Below are positions 52,281-64,000 of a stretch of 64,000 bases of DNA, in pieces. The notes under the pieces are model-generated. The model was not told where the DNA came from and did no database searches. It saw only the letters and a program-made list of their open reading frames with translations. The position numbers were made by a program, and so were the translations under genes. The stretch is from Octopus vulgaris (Eukaryota), in the NCBI GenBank assembly GCA_951406725.2, contig OX597819.1, positions 72,664,001-72,728,000 of the forward strand. The letters are read 5' to 3'. Numbering within the stretch: the stretch's first letter is position 1; each line of letters starts with the position of its first letter.

Positions 52281-55200
52281 CTAAGAAAAGAAAAACAAAT
52301 AGTCACTTTGAAAGTGGAAGTGAAAACACCCAAAACAATCAGAAATGAAGCAAAAATTACTCATGAATATAAGGGGCATTCCTAATTTAGTTGTAACCCT
52401 TTAGCATTTAAACTGGCCCTTTCCAGCCAAAATATTCCATTTTATGTTTAAACTGACCAGATCTAGCTTCTCACACTTAGAATTTCCATGCCGGTGGCAC
52501 ATAAAAAGCACCTTTCGAGTGCTGGGCCTTACAGAGGCAATGACAAATGACTGAGACCTTTGGTATTATGCTATGCTTGAGTAGAAGACCCATCAAGACA
52601 AGTGAAATTGTAGTCATGATAGATACTGGTGTCGCACAACTGGCAACCATACAAGTGGCACGTAAAAGCACCCATTACACTCTTGGAATGGTTGGCATTA
52701 GGAAGGGCATCCAGCTGTCGAAACCATGCCAAATCAGACTGGAGTCTGGTGCAGCCCCACAATTTGCCAGCCCTGGTCAAACTGTCCAACCCATGGACTA
52801 CAGATGCTAAATGATGAGGATGATGAAGATAACACACGATTAATTCAAATCAATGTGAATAAATAAGCATTACACCTGATAGAGTAATCTGAATGCCAAA
52901 GGGTGAAATGTTGGTACAAAATTTCTTTTCCTTCTTAGTTTTAACTTCGTCTCACGTATAATTTGCAGCTCAGATTATTCAGTCAAAATCAAGTATAAAA
53001 CAGTGTGACTTATATACAAGTAAGTACAGTCATTACATATAACCTTCAACAAACACATTTTATCAACCAGGTTCTTTTAGCCACAACTATATTGTGTTAT
53101 TTAAAAGGCTACTGATGTTTAACCTTTTTGGCACCAATCCACCTGAGACTACCTCTGCTTCTCGTTTTTAGGTGATCTAAATTAAAATTCCCACCAAAAT
53201 CTCATGTGCATTTATGTTCCAAACACCACCTTAATAATAACAAAGTTATTTTACTAAATTGTTTATTTTTTTCAAAATTAATTAAAACAAACGTATTTTA
53301 ACAGAAGCACAGTAACAAAATGGTTCACTATCTTTTATCGTTTGTTTCAATCAATAAACTGTGGCCATGCTGGAGCACCACCTCGAAGCACTATTGACTA
53401 AATCAACCCCAGTACCTATCATATGATATTTTAATAACTGGTACTTGTTCTGTCAGTGTCTTTTGCCACACAGCTAAGTTACGAGAGACATAAACACAGA
53501 GATAAAGACACACAATAGGCTTCTTTTAATTTCCTAAATCCACTCACAAGGCTTTGGTCAGCCCGAGGGTTTAGAAGACACTTGCCCAAAGTGCCATGCA
53601 GTGGGACTGAACCTGGAATCATGTGGTTGGAAAGTAAATTTCTTACTACACAACCATACCCATGCCTGTCAAATTTCTTCATATCCTTTGAATTTTTGTG
53701 TGAAGAACACAAAAGAGTCTGAAACTTAATGTACTTGCTAGCATGAAGAAATACCTTATCTATATACTAAACACAAGGTTGGAGACATCATAAAATTTAA
53801 CTTCTATTGTGCCATCTAGTGTTTATGCCAAGAGAATCAGTCACAAGTGATCCTTTCTAGTCAGAAATTTTATTCAACTAACGGGCCAAGCTGTTACATT
53901 GAACCAGTAGCTACATGAAACAGAACCAATCCTGTGGGAGCAGGCAAAATGCATGCAAATAACATTACTACAACAATAACATCGTATCTAGAAGTGAATT
54001 GGTTTAATTTGTTTTGTAAAGAACAGCAACTAACACCATCTGTTATGTTTGTTGCCATACCACTTGTCAAATAAATCATAATCTTTATTAAACAGTTCAG
54101 AATGTCATTCAAAGCTTGAAAGACTGCTCAGGTATTTTATCTACTATCAATATTTTGTGTCATTCTAAGGAGGCGGACTGGCAGAACTGTTAGCATGCTG
54201 GGCGAAATGCTTAGCAGCATGTTGTCCATCTTCATGTTCTGAGTTCAAATTCCACTGAGGTCAACTTTGCCCATTATCCCTTTCAGGGCAGATAATAAAA
54301 GTATCAGTTGAACACAGCAGTCAATATAATCAATTTAATCCCTCCACAAAATTGTTGGCCTTGTAGGTGGCAGAATTGTTAGCATGCCAGGCAAAATGCT
54401 TAGCATTATTTCAGCTGACTTTACGTTCATCATCATCGTTTAATGTCCATTTTCCATGCTGGCATGGGTTGGACAGTTTTACTGAGGACCGGCAAGCCAT
54501 AAGGCTCCAAGCTGATCTGGCAATCTTTCTACAGTTGGATGCCCTTCCTAATGCCAACCACTCCAAGTATGTAGTGGGTGCCTTTTACATGCCACCAGTA
54601 CAAGGGCCAGTTCTTCTGCCAAGGTCAACTTTACATTTCATCCTTTCAGGGTCTATAAAATAAGTAGCAATTGTACTCTGGGGTCAATGTAACAGGCTTA
54701 CATTGTTCTCAACAATTTTTTAATCTAGGGACCCCTTTGATTGCTATTTTATCCTGGTGCCCCCTGCAGAAGCCATTTGATGTTTAAAAACTAGTTTTAT
54801 AGATGCTTTTTTCCCCCTGAAATTTTGTTTTTCACATATTCACTTGTTTAAGTTGAACTATCTTTTATCTCTTGCTTGTTTCACTCACTAGACTGTGGCC
54901 ATGCTGGGGTACCACTTTGAATTTTTAGTTGAATGAATTGATCCCAGTACTTTATAAAAACAAAAAAAAGTACTTATTCTATCGGTCTCTTTTGTGAAAC
55001 TGCTAAGTTATGGGGATACAAGCACACCAACACCGGTTGTCAAACACAAATATCAAGACATACACATATACAGCGGGCTTCTTTCAGTTTCCGTCTACCA
55101 AATCCATTCACAAGGCTTTGGTCAACCTGAGGCTATAGTAGAAGACTATTGCCCAAAGTGTCACACAATGGGACTGAACCCAGAACCATGTGATTGGTAA

Positions 55201-55409
55201 GCAAGCTCATTGCCACACAGCCATGCCTGCACCTATATATATATATATATATTAGAAGTATTGGGGGTGATGTACAGATTTAATACATATGTAAGAAAAA
55301 GGCATTCAGAATGCTGGATGGTTGTATATAAAATATATATATATATATATATATAAATATTTATTTACATAACACATATTATTTCTTCAAATCACATATT
55401 TAATTACAT

Positions 55410-55450
55410 ATTCAAGTGCTTTCAACTACTACTGTAGTCTCATCAGAAAT
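55410..55450 (-). ncRNA. Minimal type I hammerhead ribozyme motif (second family)
   Basis: Minus strand reads attt-CTGATGA-gactac-agta-gtagtt-GAAA-gcac-tt-gaat: stem II gactac/gtagtt, stem I attt/gaat, stem III AAGCaCTT (one change from palindromic AAGCGCTT). Confidence 0.55.
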
Positions 55451-55748
55451 GTCAGTTTATAGAGTTTTGCCTGTTTTTATATTATTGGTGAATGAAGTGG
55501 GGGGATGGGAGTGATAAGGAAATAGATCGATCCCAGTACTCGACTGGTATTTATTTTATCAACCCTGAGACGATGAAAGGCAAAGTTGACCTTAATGGGA
55601 CATGAAGTGAGAACATATAAAGCCAGAAGAAATGCTGCCAAACATTTTGTCTGACATGCTAATGGTTCCACCAGCTCAGCCTTAATAACAACAACAAATA
55701 CAACAGCAACAAGTAAAAAAAAAACAAAAAAAAATTATCAAAACCAAC

Positions 55749-56359
55749 CTCTCTGTTAATAAATTAGATTTAGAATTTTTTGATGATTTCATCCCAGAGG
55801 CAAACCATTTGTTAGAAATATTCACATGTTGTAAAGCGGCAGCATCTTTACCATTTGTTGTTTCTGCAGTTGAATGCTTGGCTGCCCCCGAGGTTTGTGT
55901 GGTGATGGTGTTGGCTCCTGCTACGACTCCACCACCTCCACCTGCACCACCACTGCCACCTCCTCCTCCTCCACCACCACCACCACCACCACCACCACTA
56001 CCACCGCCACCACCTCCTCCTCCGCCTCCCACACCACCAGTGCTATTACTGTTCGAAGAAGTGGATCGGGTGGGAATCAAACTTTGGAGACCACTAGCAT
56101 TCACACTCGCACTGGTATTGCTCGGAATAGTATTGGCAGTACTTGGTGTGCTGTTACTATTTCCCGAACAATTCCCAGAGTGAGCCAACGACCCTGATGC
56201 TGGCGCTGTCTGTGCAGCCACCCTCTGTGCTGCGGCCACATACTGGGCATGTACTTTCTCTCTTTGGATGGCCTCCTTCGCAGCTCGATGATCTTTGAGG
56301 AGTTCATCAAAAGGTTTCCGGCGTCCAACCACAGCTCTCCGTAATGACAAAGCATGAGT
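55749..56359 (-). CDS. ATXN7: Ataxin-7-like exon (C-terminal half of SCA7 domain, then low-complexity/poly-Gly region)
   Basis: ttctag|ACT CAT GCT... gives THALSLRRAVVGRRKPFDELLKDHRA (cf. ATXN7 THSLTQRRAVQGRRKRFDVLLAEH). Ends GAG AG|gttggt. 611 nt, phase 0 to 2. Confidence 0.92.
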
Positions 56360-58091
56360 CTAGAATTACAAAAAAAAAAAAAAGAACATCATTAGAAACA
56401 GGATTAATCATCAGAGACACTAACACAGTTAATCACTCATTTAATGTGACAGCACTTTTAAAGGGGCACCACCATTGAGTCTGCTGTAGGCAATATGTGT
56501 TTTTTTTTTTTTGTGGGGTCTGGGGTTGGCAAATGGAAGGGCCACTCCATGCAGCACATGCTCTAGCTACGCTAGGGCAGCTCACTGCTTTGCAATGATG
56601 GATACTATATTCACAGTTTTGTAATTAAATAAGCATTTTGTCTTTTAGACGTTGAGAAGGAAACTCCATACACATTCTGCATTCTGATAACTACTGGCTT
56701 TGTGGTAGCTGATATATAAGACCAATATAAGTCTGAAAGAGGAGAAAATGGCACTGGCTCTGCACAAAAATACCCACAATAACAATAAAACCCTGCTGCA
56801 TTATGGGGTAATTTATTGAGAATTTATAAAAAGGCTAAGGGGGTAAACCCTTATAAAATATACAGAGAGGAACCCTCAAGCAGATATGTACAGTTATAAG
56901 TAATATCTGGCATTCCTTGCGGTTCCACGCATGTCACAAACGTATTGATTTGTCTTTCCTTCACAGCATATCCACGAGTGGAGAGGTGGTAAGTGTACTC
57001 AAGGTGAAGCGCTTGCTTCTGGAAACATCCCAGGTACAGCAGAGCAAGTGATTAACCTACTATCTTAGCAGTACCCATTGACCATAAACGAAAAGGGCCA
57101 ATCACGATTACCTACCCACATAATTAAAGTAATAGGCCTTAGAGGCTGCTACCACTGTGATCTTTTTTTTTGCTTTTGTTTGTGGTTGATATAGCAGTTA
57201 AGTTCTTCATATATACAACCTGTGATTTCAATTTTATTTCAATATAGAATAAGTTCATTCAATGTAGTTTGAGAAACTATAAATGCTCTAACTTTGCTAT
57301 TACCAGCAATATTCTACTTTCACAAGCTTTATGAAGTAGCTGCCATCTATATATCTATATATATTTGTCCAACCCATGCTAGCATGGAAAACGGACGTTA
57401 AACGATGATGATGATATATATAAAAGAATATAAGTTGATTTAAAAAATTGAAAAACTTTCAGTTTAAAAATACATCTTTTTACAAAAACTTTTCCCTATT
57501 AAAAGAATTAATCCTGTATTCAAATGGTTTTCTAAAAACAACATCATCGTCATTTAACATCCATTTTCCATGCTGGCATGGGTTGGATGGTTCAACTGGG
57601 GTCTGGGAAACCAGGAGGCTGCATCAGGCTCCAGTCTGATCTGGCAGCGTTTCTATAGCTTGATGCCCTTCCTAACACCAACCACTCCAAGAGTGTAGTA
57701 GATGCTTTTTACGTGCCATCGGGGGTTTGCATCAACTATGATCGGATGGTGCTTTTTATCTGCCACCAGCACAAGAGCTAGTCGGGGCAAGGGGGAGAAT
57801 TAATAAAAGACAAAAGATTTCCAAGTTTAACTTCTAAAAAACAGGAACCTAATAAGCTTAATAGAACTCAACATTTATACTGTACCATCTTACCTGCAAA
57901 AATATACTAATGGTACCTACTCTGCTATACTGGAATTATGGTTCACTTCCAGATAATTTAATCAGCAATCTAGTCAAGGAAGGCATGAGAGGAAATGATA
58001 AGAGGCTCATAAAATACAGTTGATATCTTAAATTAAAGTCCTTCTCCTGATGATAATCTCTGGCAACCTGCAAACAAGAAAGTTGACTCAC

Positions 58092-58174
58092 CTTACACGT
58101 CAAAGACCGGGTGCAGGGTTTACTATCATTTGCTATTTTCACACCACAATGTTTGTTAGCATCGAATTCTCGAT
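58092..58174 (-). CDS. ATXN7: Ataxin-7-like protein, internal exon (N-terminal half of SCA7 zinc-finger domain)
   Basis: tttcag|AT CGA GAA...TGT AAG|gtgagt. Encodes (D)REFDANKHCGVKIANDSKPCTRSLTCK, matching the SCA7 motif REFDPxxHCGV...KPCTRSLTCK. 83 nt, phase 1 to 0. Confidence 0.93.
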
Positions 58175-59613
58175 CTGAAATTTCAAAAAATAAAATTTTA
58201 AAAACTGATTACATCATCATCATCAGTAAAACTCTGTTTTCTATGCTGGTATGGGCTGGACAGTTCGACAGGAGTTGGCAAGCTAAAGGACTGTGCCAAG
58301 CTCCAATGCCTGCTTTAGCATGGTTTCTATGGGTGAAAGTCATTCCTAATCCTAACCACTTCACAGTGTACTGGTACATTTTATGTGGCACCAGTACTGT
58401 TTACAGAGGTAGAAAATATTAATTCTACAAATGACTATCACTACAAATTAAACAACATTTAACTGAATTACAGTTCTTGCTCAATGAATAACACCATTCC
58501 TATTAAGACAAGTAAACAAACCTTGTTATACCCAAAAACATCATATTTTCTGGCATACAAGTTGAATTTTTGGACCAAAATTTACAGCAGAAAAAAAAGG
58601 CATGTCAATTTATACACCAAGACGACTTTGGAGGACCAATATTTTCATCTGAAATCCAGAAGGATTTGGGAAGACAGAGATGATGTTTGAGTTTTGCACC
58701 ACATCTTTATATATTATGTCAACTTGTAAGCAAGAAAATATGGTCAAGTTTTTTTTAGCAAAAGAACGAGTAAATAAAATAATTTTATTCACTTCATCAT
58801 CATCATTATTATCATTGTCATCATCATTTAACATTAATGTTGTATACTGGCACATTCTTCAATTTGATAAAAGGAATCTGTTCTTAGAATGTAGTTAACC
58901 ACAAAAAAACAATTAATGATGCATTCAACATTAAGTTTTAATGATTTTTTTTTCAAGATTAATCTTCTGGTGTAAGCAGAAGTCCTGCATTTTGTTGAAA
59001 ACTATTTGTAAAACACAGAGATGATATATTTAATTGCATTTTATATAATGCTATCATTTGTTGTGAAGGTGCATGGCCTAGTGGTTAAGGCGTTCTACTC
59101 ATCATCATAAAATTGTGGTTTCAAATCCTGGACTGGGCGGTGTATAGTGTTCCTGAGCAAAACACTTAATTTCCTGTTATTCCAGTCCACATAGCTGTAA
59201 AATGAGCTCCAGTGATACCTGGGAAGTTAACCCTGAGATGGACTAGTGTCCCATTCAGGGAGGGTGTTGTAATCTCAGTTACTTATACACCTTGGAAACT
59301 AGATTAAACTCTGGCCTTATGAGTCCTGGGGGTTCATGCCAAGTCTAAATTTTACATTCCATAGGTAAGTTGGCAAATTTAGATATTTGTATATATCAAT
59401 GATGCAGGCAATTTTGTATCTGTGTGCTTTTTTGCAAAATCATTGATTCAACTGAAAAGAGAATATGATACTTATTTTGCCTACTCACTCTCTTTCTCTC
59501 TCTCTCTCTCTCAAAAGTAAGTAATATATCATACCAAACAGTAAAATGATATTTAGGAAATTTTAAACACATGACTAGAAACTTAGCACAATATTGCATG
59601 AGTTGAACATTAA

Positions 59614-60042
59614 CCCTTTAGTGTTCAGATTATTCTGTCAAATGTGATGTTTGTTTATTTAAAATGGTTTGAATTAATCATGCATTATCTTGTAGTTTAG
59701 AGATTTCAGTGATGTGATTTTTTAGTTTTAGAATGACATGGTAGGGCTGAGGTGAGAGGCGAGATCTGGTCAGTTTCAATATAAAACAGATTAAATATTT
59801 TGGCCAGATATGGCCGGTTTGAATGCTAAGGGGTTAACCTTTTCATTACCATATTTTTGTTTTGCTTCAATTCATTTTGAAAACAATGAAAAATCTAGTA
59901 AAATAACTGTCATTAATAATCTGATATTTGGAACATAAATTAAAATGAAATTTTGATGGAAGGTTTTAATTTTGATCCTTATAAAACAGGAAGTTTGTAT
60001 CATAGAACTGGGGTAGTTTCAGGTAGGTTTGGATCAAAACAG
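59614..60042. mobile_element. Two adjacent piggyBac-type MITEs (P1 59614-59833; P2 59838-60042) sharing one TTAA
   Basis: TTAA|ccctttag...ctaagggg|TTAA|ccttttc...aaacag|TTAA. Confidence 0.8.
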
Positions 60043-62246
60043 TTAATAATCAACATTAAATGCAACCAACAGTGGCAAAGAGTCACAAGGTTGATGCTAA
60101 ACTGAGATCTATCACAGTCTTCAATGAAGACAAAGAAGGTAAGTAAAGATCAAATCGTTATTCCTATGAAAAATTAATAAACCTTCACTTTTTAATTGGC
60201 CAACCCATCTTCTCTGCCTACTATCCTTGTGAGAAGTTCAAGAAAGAGAATCCTCAGGCCCCTCATCTATAGAGTCCTATCAGAAACAACAATCTATTAC
60301 ACTTTTCAGCTGCATTCTTAAGTGTGACCATCTGAGCCACTGGTCAATTGGGCACTGCCCGAGGGCCCAGAGCTCTGAGGGGCCTGCACTCTACATGTTA
60401 ACTACTAAATCAATGCTAAGGGTCCCAGTAAACAGTTATGCCCGAGGGCCCCTTATACTCTCAGTCCACCCCTGCTATAAATATTATCCAACCAACTTGT
60501 TCTTTTTCTACCTGTCGATCCCCTGCCAGTTGGCCCTACTTGAAGAATTCATCTTGTGACTCTTTCCTCTGACATTCTATTCACATGTCCATAGTACTGG
60601 AGCTGTGATCTCTCAATGCAGAGAAGTAGCAACTCTTGACCAGATCTTCAAGCTACATGCCTCATTGAGTAACATTACTCGAGAAACCCTTTTAGGCTGC
60701 ATTTAAAAAAAGAGAAAGAAACATGTTTGCATTAAAGGAGTGATATTTATTTTGTAATGAGACATAATATTTTCTATTGCGATGAGTATTTATCTCCCTT
60801 GGCTTTCAATAAATATGCCTCTTGTTAAATAAAAAATCTGCTACAGAACAGATGCCATAGTTATTCTTGATGGCAGCATGATTGTCGAAGTAATAGCAGA
60901 AGTAGTAGGTGGTGGTGGTTTGACAAAGAAGTGACAGAGCCAGTACCTACAGTAGATAACAGGAATTAGTAACCACCTTAGTCATTTTACTCTTATATTT
61001 ATTAATTGATTCCCAGCAAATTATAAATATATTCATAGAATGGCTCATCTTAACGACCACTTTTATCATGCTCCCATGTGTCAGATGGAATTTGTTGAGA
61101 CAGATTTCCTATGGCCAAATGCCCTTTCTGTCACCAACATTTAAAAAAATTTCCTTTTAACTCTACTTTATTTTTGGTACTATCATAAACGACATTGATG
61201 ACACTATTACCATCCTTCTCACATTTGTTTTTAGTTTTATGCTGGCATGGATGGGACTTTGTTTATCATCATTTTTTTCATGCTAGTATGGATTAAATTA
61301 ATAAATTACTGAAATAGTGTTTTACACTCTGATGTCTTTCCTATTGCAAACCCTCAACTGATTCTCAAATAACTTTGAAGGAGCAAAGCTAAGGGACAAC
61401 ATTGGTGAAGGGGGTGAGCTGTCAGAATCCTTAGCATGCCAGGGGGAATGCTTTGTGGTATTTCTTCCAGCCTTACATTCCGAGTTCAATATTGCCTTTC
61501 ATTCTTTTGGGGTTGATAAAATAAGTAGCAGTTGAACACTGGGGGGGGGGGGGGTCAACCAGCCCCCACCAGCCTGAAACTACTGGCCTTGAAACCAATA
61601 TTCGGTGAAGTTAAATGTAAACAAACACAGAAAGAAACATGTGTAAACACACACTATGGGCTTCTTTCAGTTTTCATCTAAGCAAACTTGCTCACAAGTC
61701 ATTGGTTGGCCCAAAGTTATAGAAGACATGTAGTGGGACTGACCCTTAAAACTGTGTGAGTGAAAAGCACACTTGTTAACCACACATAAGCAAAAGAAGA
61801 GAATTTTATTGGATACTAAACACTCCTATTTGCCATTAGGTTTAGTGTGTAGATACAAAAATTTAGATTGTGATACTCTTAACACTGACTCTTAAATTCT
61901 GTATGATGTTGACTTCACAAATTGTTGAGTTAAATCTTAACATAATTCTTAGGCAGAATCAGCATGATATCATGTGCGACAGGAGTGAACCTCTTTGAAT
62001 TACAGGTACAATCCAGCCAATGGTCTTCCATATAGTTTTTGCTAACAATAGGAGTTAACATGAGGCTATACAAATTAACTTGTGACCAAGATACCAAGCA
62101 ATGGATAAATCTCAAACTACACCCCTTGATTACATACAAGGTGTGTTTTATGTAAGTGATTGAATTGGTCTCGCCATACCAATAAAACTTCCTTTACTCT
62201 TTTTGAAGAGAGAGTTTTCAATCTCCTTGTCTTCATTACTCTATTT

Positions 62247-62625
62247 CAGTGTTTCTCAACCGGGGTTCCCAGAACCCTAGAATTCCACAAAAGGTTCTTA
62301 AGGGTTCTGTGAGAAAGAGTGAGATAAGCTAATGCTAATTTCATGATCGTAATATTACTATAGATGCACAACATGTAACTGGTTATTGTAATATAGTCAT
62401 CATCCTATCTAACCTATTATGTTATCAAAACAATATAACAACCATTGGGGATATATTTAGGGATATCTGTAATTTATGGACACTATATCTTTATATATAT
62501 ATATGATATTTACAACATGAACTACAATGAGAAAAATACGAGAAAGATATGGTGCATAATTTTTTGTGCAGGGGTTCCTTGAGACATGTAATTTATTTTA
62601 AGGGTAAAAAGGTTGAGAAACACTG
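62247..62625. mobile_element. hAT (Charlie-like) MITE
   Basis: TIRs cagtgtttctcaacc / ggttgagaaacactg. 8-bp TSD ctctattt / ctctatat. Confidence 0.88.
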
Positions 62626-63264
62626 CTCTATATTGTTTGTTCAAGTGTTTGTAGAGTCTGTGCCACATAAGGAGCACTGGTGAAGGTGCTATGTAAAAAG
62701 TAAACTCTGTAAAGTGATTGGTGTTAGGAAGGGCACCCAGCTGTAGAAATCATGCTAAAGCAGACAATGGAACCAGCTGTGGCTCTTGGCCCTGCCAGCT
62801 CCTATCAAACCATCCAATTTATACCAGCATGGAAAACAGACACTAAATGATGATGATAGGACACCTGGCAAGGTGTTTAACCCCTTCGTTACTGTATCTA
62901 TATGTCAAGACAAGGGAATACACACACACACACTGTAATACATGCCAATGCTTCTTTCAGTTTCTACCTACCAAATCCACTTACATGGTTTTGTTGGGCC
63001 TGGGACTATAGTAGAAGACAGTTGTCAAAAGTGCTGCACAGTAGGAACTGTCCTTATGTGTTTGTAGGTCTTTACACCCACCCCTCCTATTGGCAATCAC
63101 AATCATGTACAACCCTAAATTTGTAAGGTAGGTGTATAGTTGATTGAATTGTTCCTCGTGTATTACTGGTATCTATTTCATTGACCCACCCCACTCACTA
63201 CAAAGCTATAATACCAAATATTGCAAAGTATTTAGTGCATGAATCTGTGATTTTTAATAATAAT

Positions 63265-63935
63265 AATTCTTTCTGCACAAGGAGCTAGTCGTTTACATGA
63301 AACCCAGTACTTGACTGGTACTTATTTTATCGACCTCGTAAGGATAAAAGGCAAAGTTGACCTCAGCGGAATTTGAACTCAGAACGTAAAGACAGATGAA
63401 ATGCCATTTAGCATTTTGCCTGACATGCTAACAACTCTGCTAGCTCACTGCTCTAATAATAATAACAATAATAATCATCCTTTCTGCTATAAGCACAAGG
63501 CCTGAAATTTTGGGGGCGGGGACTAGTCAATTACACTGACCCCAGTGTTTCACTGGTACTTAATTTATTGACCTCGAAAGGATGAAAAGCAAAGTTGACC
63601 TGCGTGGAATTTGAACACAGAACATAGCGATGGATGAAATGCCACTTAGCATTTTGCCCGCCATGCTAACAACTCTGCCAGCTCATTACCTTATTTAATA
63701 ATAATGATAATAATTGTTTGTAAGATGGTAGAGAGCCATCAATTAGGGGTGAGAAGAAAAAAGTTGATTACATTGACTTCAGTAGTTGGTAGGTACTTTT
63801 ATTATTGGCACCAGAAAAATGAGAAACAAAGAGGACCTTGGAAGAATTTGAACTCAGAATGTAAAGCACCAAAACTAAACCCCATAATGTATTCAGTTTG
63901 GCATTTTAATGATTCTCCTCATCCGCTGCCATAGT
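63265..63935 (-). mobile_element. Three tandem family B SINE copies separated by (aat)n
   Basis: Repeated ctggtactta.tttat.gacctcg.aaggat.aaa.gcaaagttgacct..ggaatttgaac.cagaac; the third copy is more degraded. Confidence 0.8.
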
Positions 63936-64000
63936 GATGATGATGGTGATGGTAATGAGAGTGAAAGTGGTGAAGATTAGAAATTATTAATATTATCAAC

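Noticed and set aside
55809-56197. Plus-strand poly-Pro and poly-Thr ORFs (formin- or mucin-like)
   Set aside because: Antisense shadows of the GGN repeat in the ATXN7 exon.
60780-60946. Possible upstream ATXN7 exon after a good-looking acceptor (ctaat...ctgtag|gt)
   Set aside because: All three frames reach stops without a convincing donor or ATXN7 similarity.

Overview
AT-rich, repeat-dense eukaryotic genomic DNA. The SINE/MITE families and (TA)n/(CA)n load resemble an octopus (coleoid cephalopod) genome; this is an inference. The only supportable host gene is the 3' part of an ataxin-7 (ATXN7/SCA7-domain, SAGA DUB module) homologue on the minus strand. It has 7 phase-consistent GT-AG exons (58174-58092, 56359-55749, 52280-52100, 50377-50256, 47937-46971, 15614-15548, 15229-14634), about 875 aa in the window, and a 31-kb intron; its 5' exons lie beyond the window. 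The rest is decayed LINEs (RTE, L1/Tx1), Tc1/mariner, piggyBac- and hAT-type MITEs, several tRNA-SINE families and microsatellites. Most ORFs in the track are spurious. The most unusual signal is a pair of head-to-head palindromic insertions (16.25-16.83 kb and 18.11-18.61 kb). Each joins a Pol III tRNA-like head to a minimal Penelope-type hammerhead ribozyme motif, carries a one-sided 3' tail, and is flanked by a 13-15 bp target-site duplication. Further unrelated minimal hammerhead motifs and a perfect 108-bp-arm palindrome lie in the same gene's introns.
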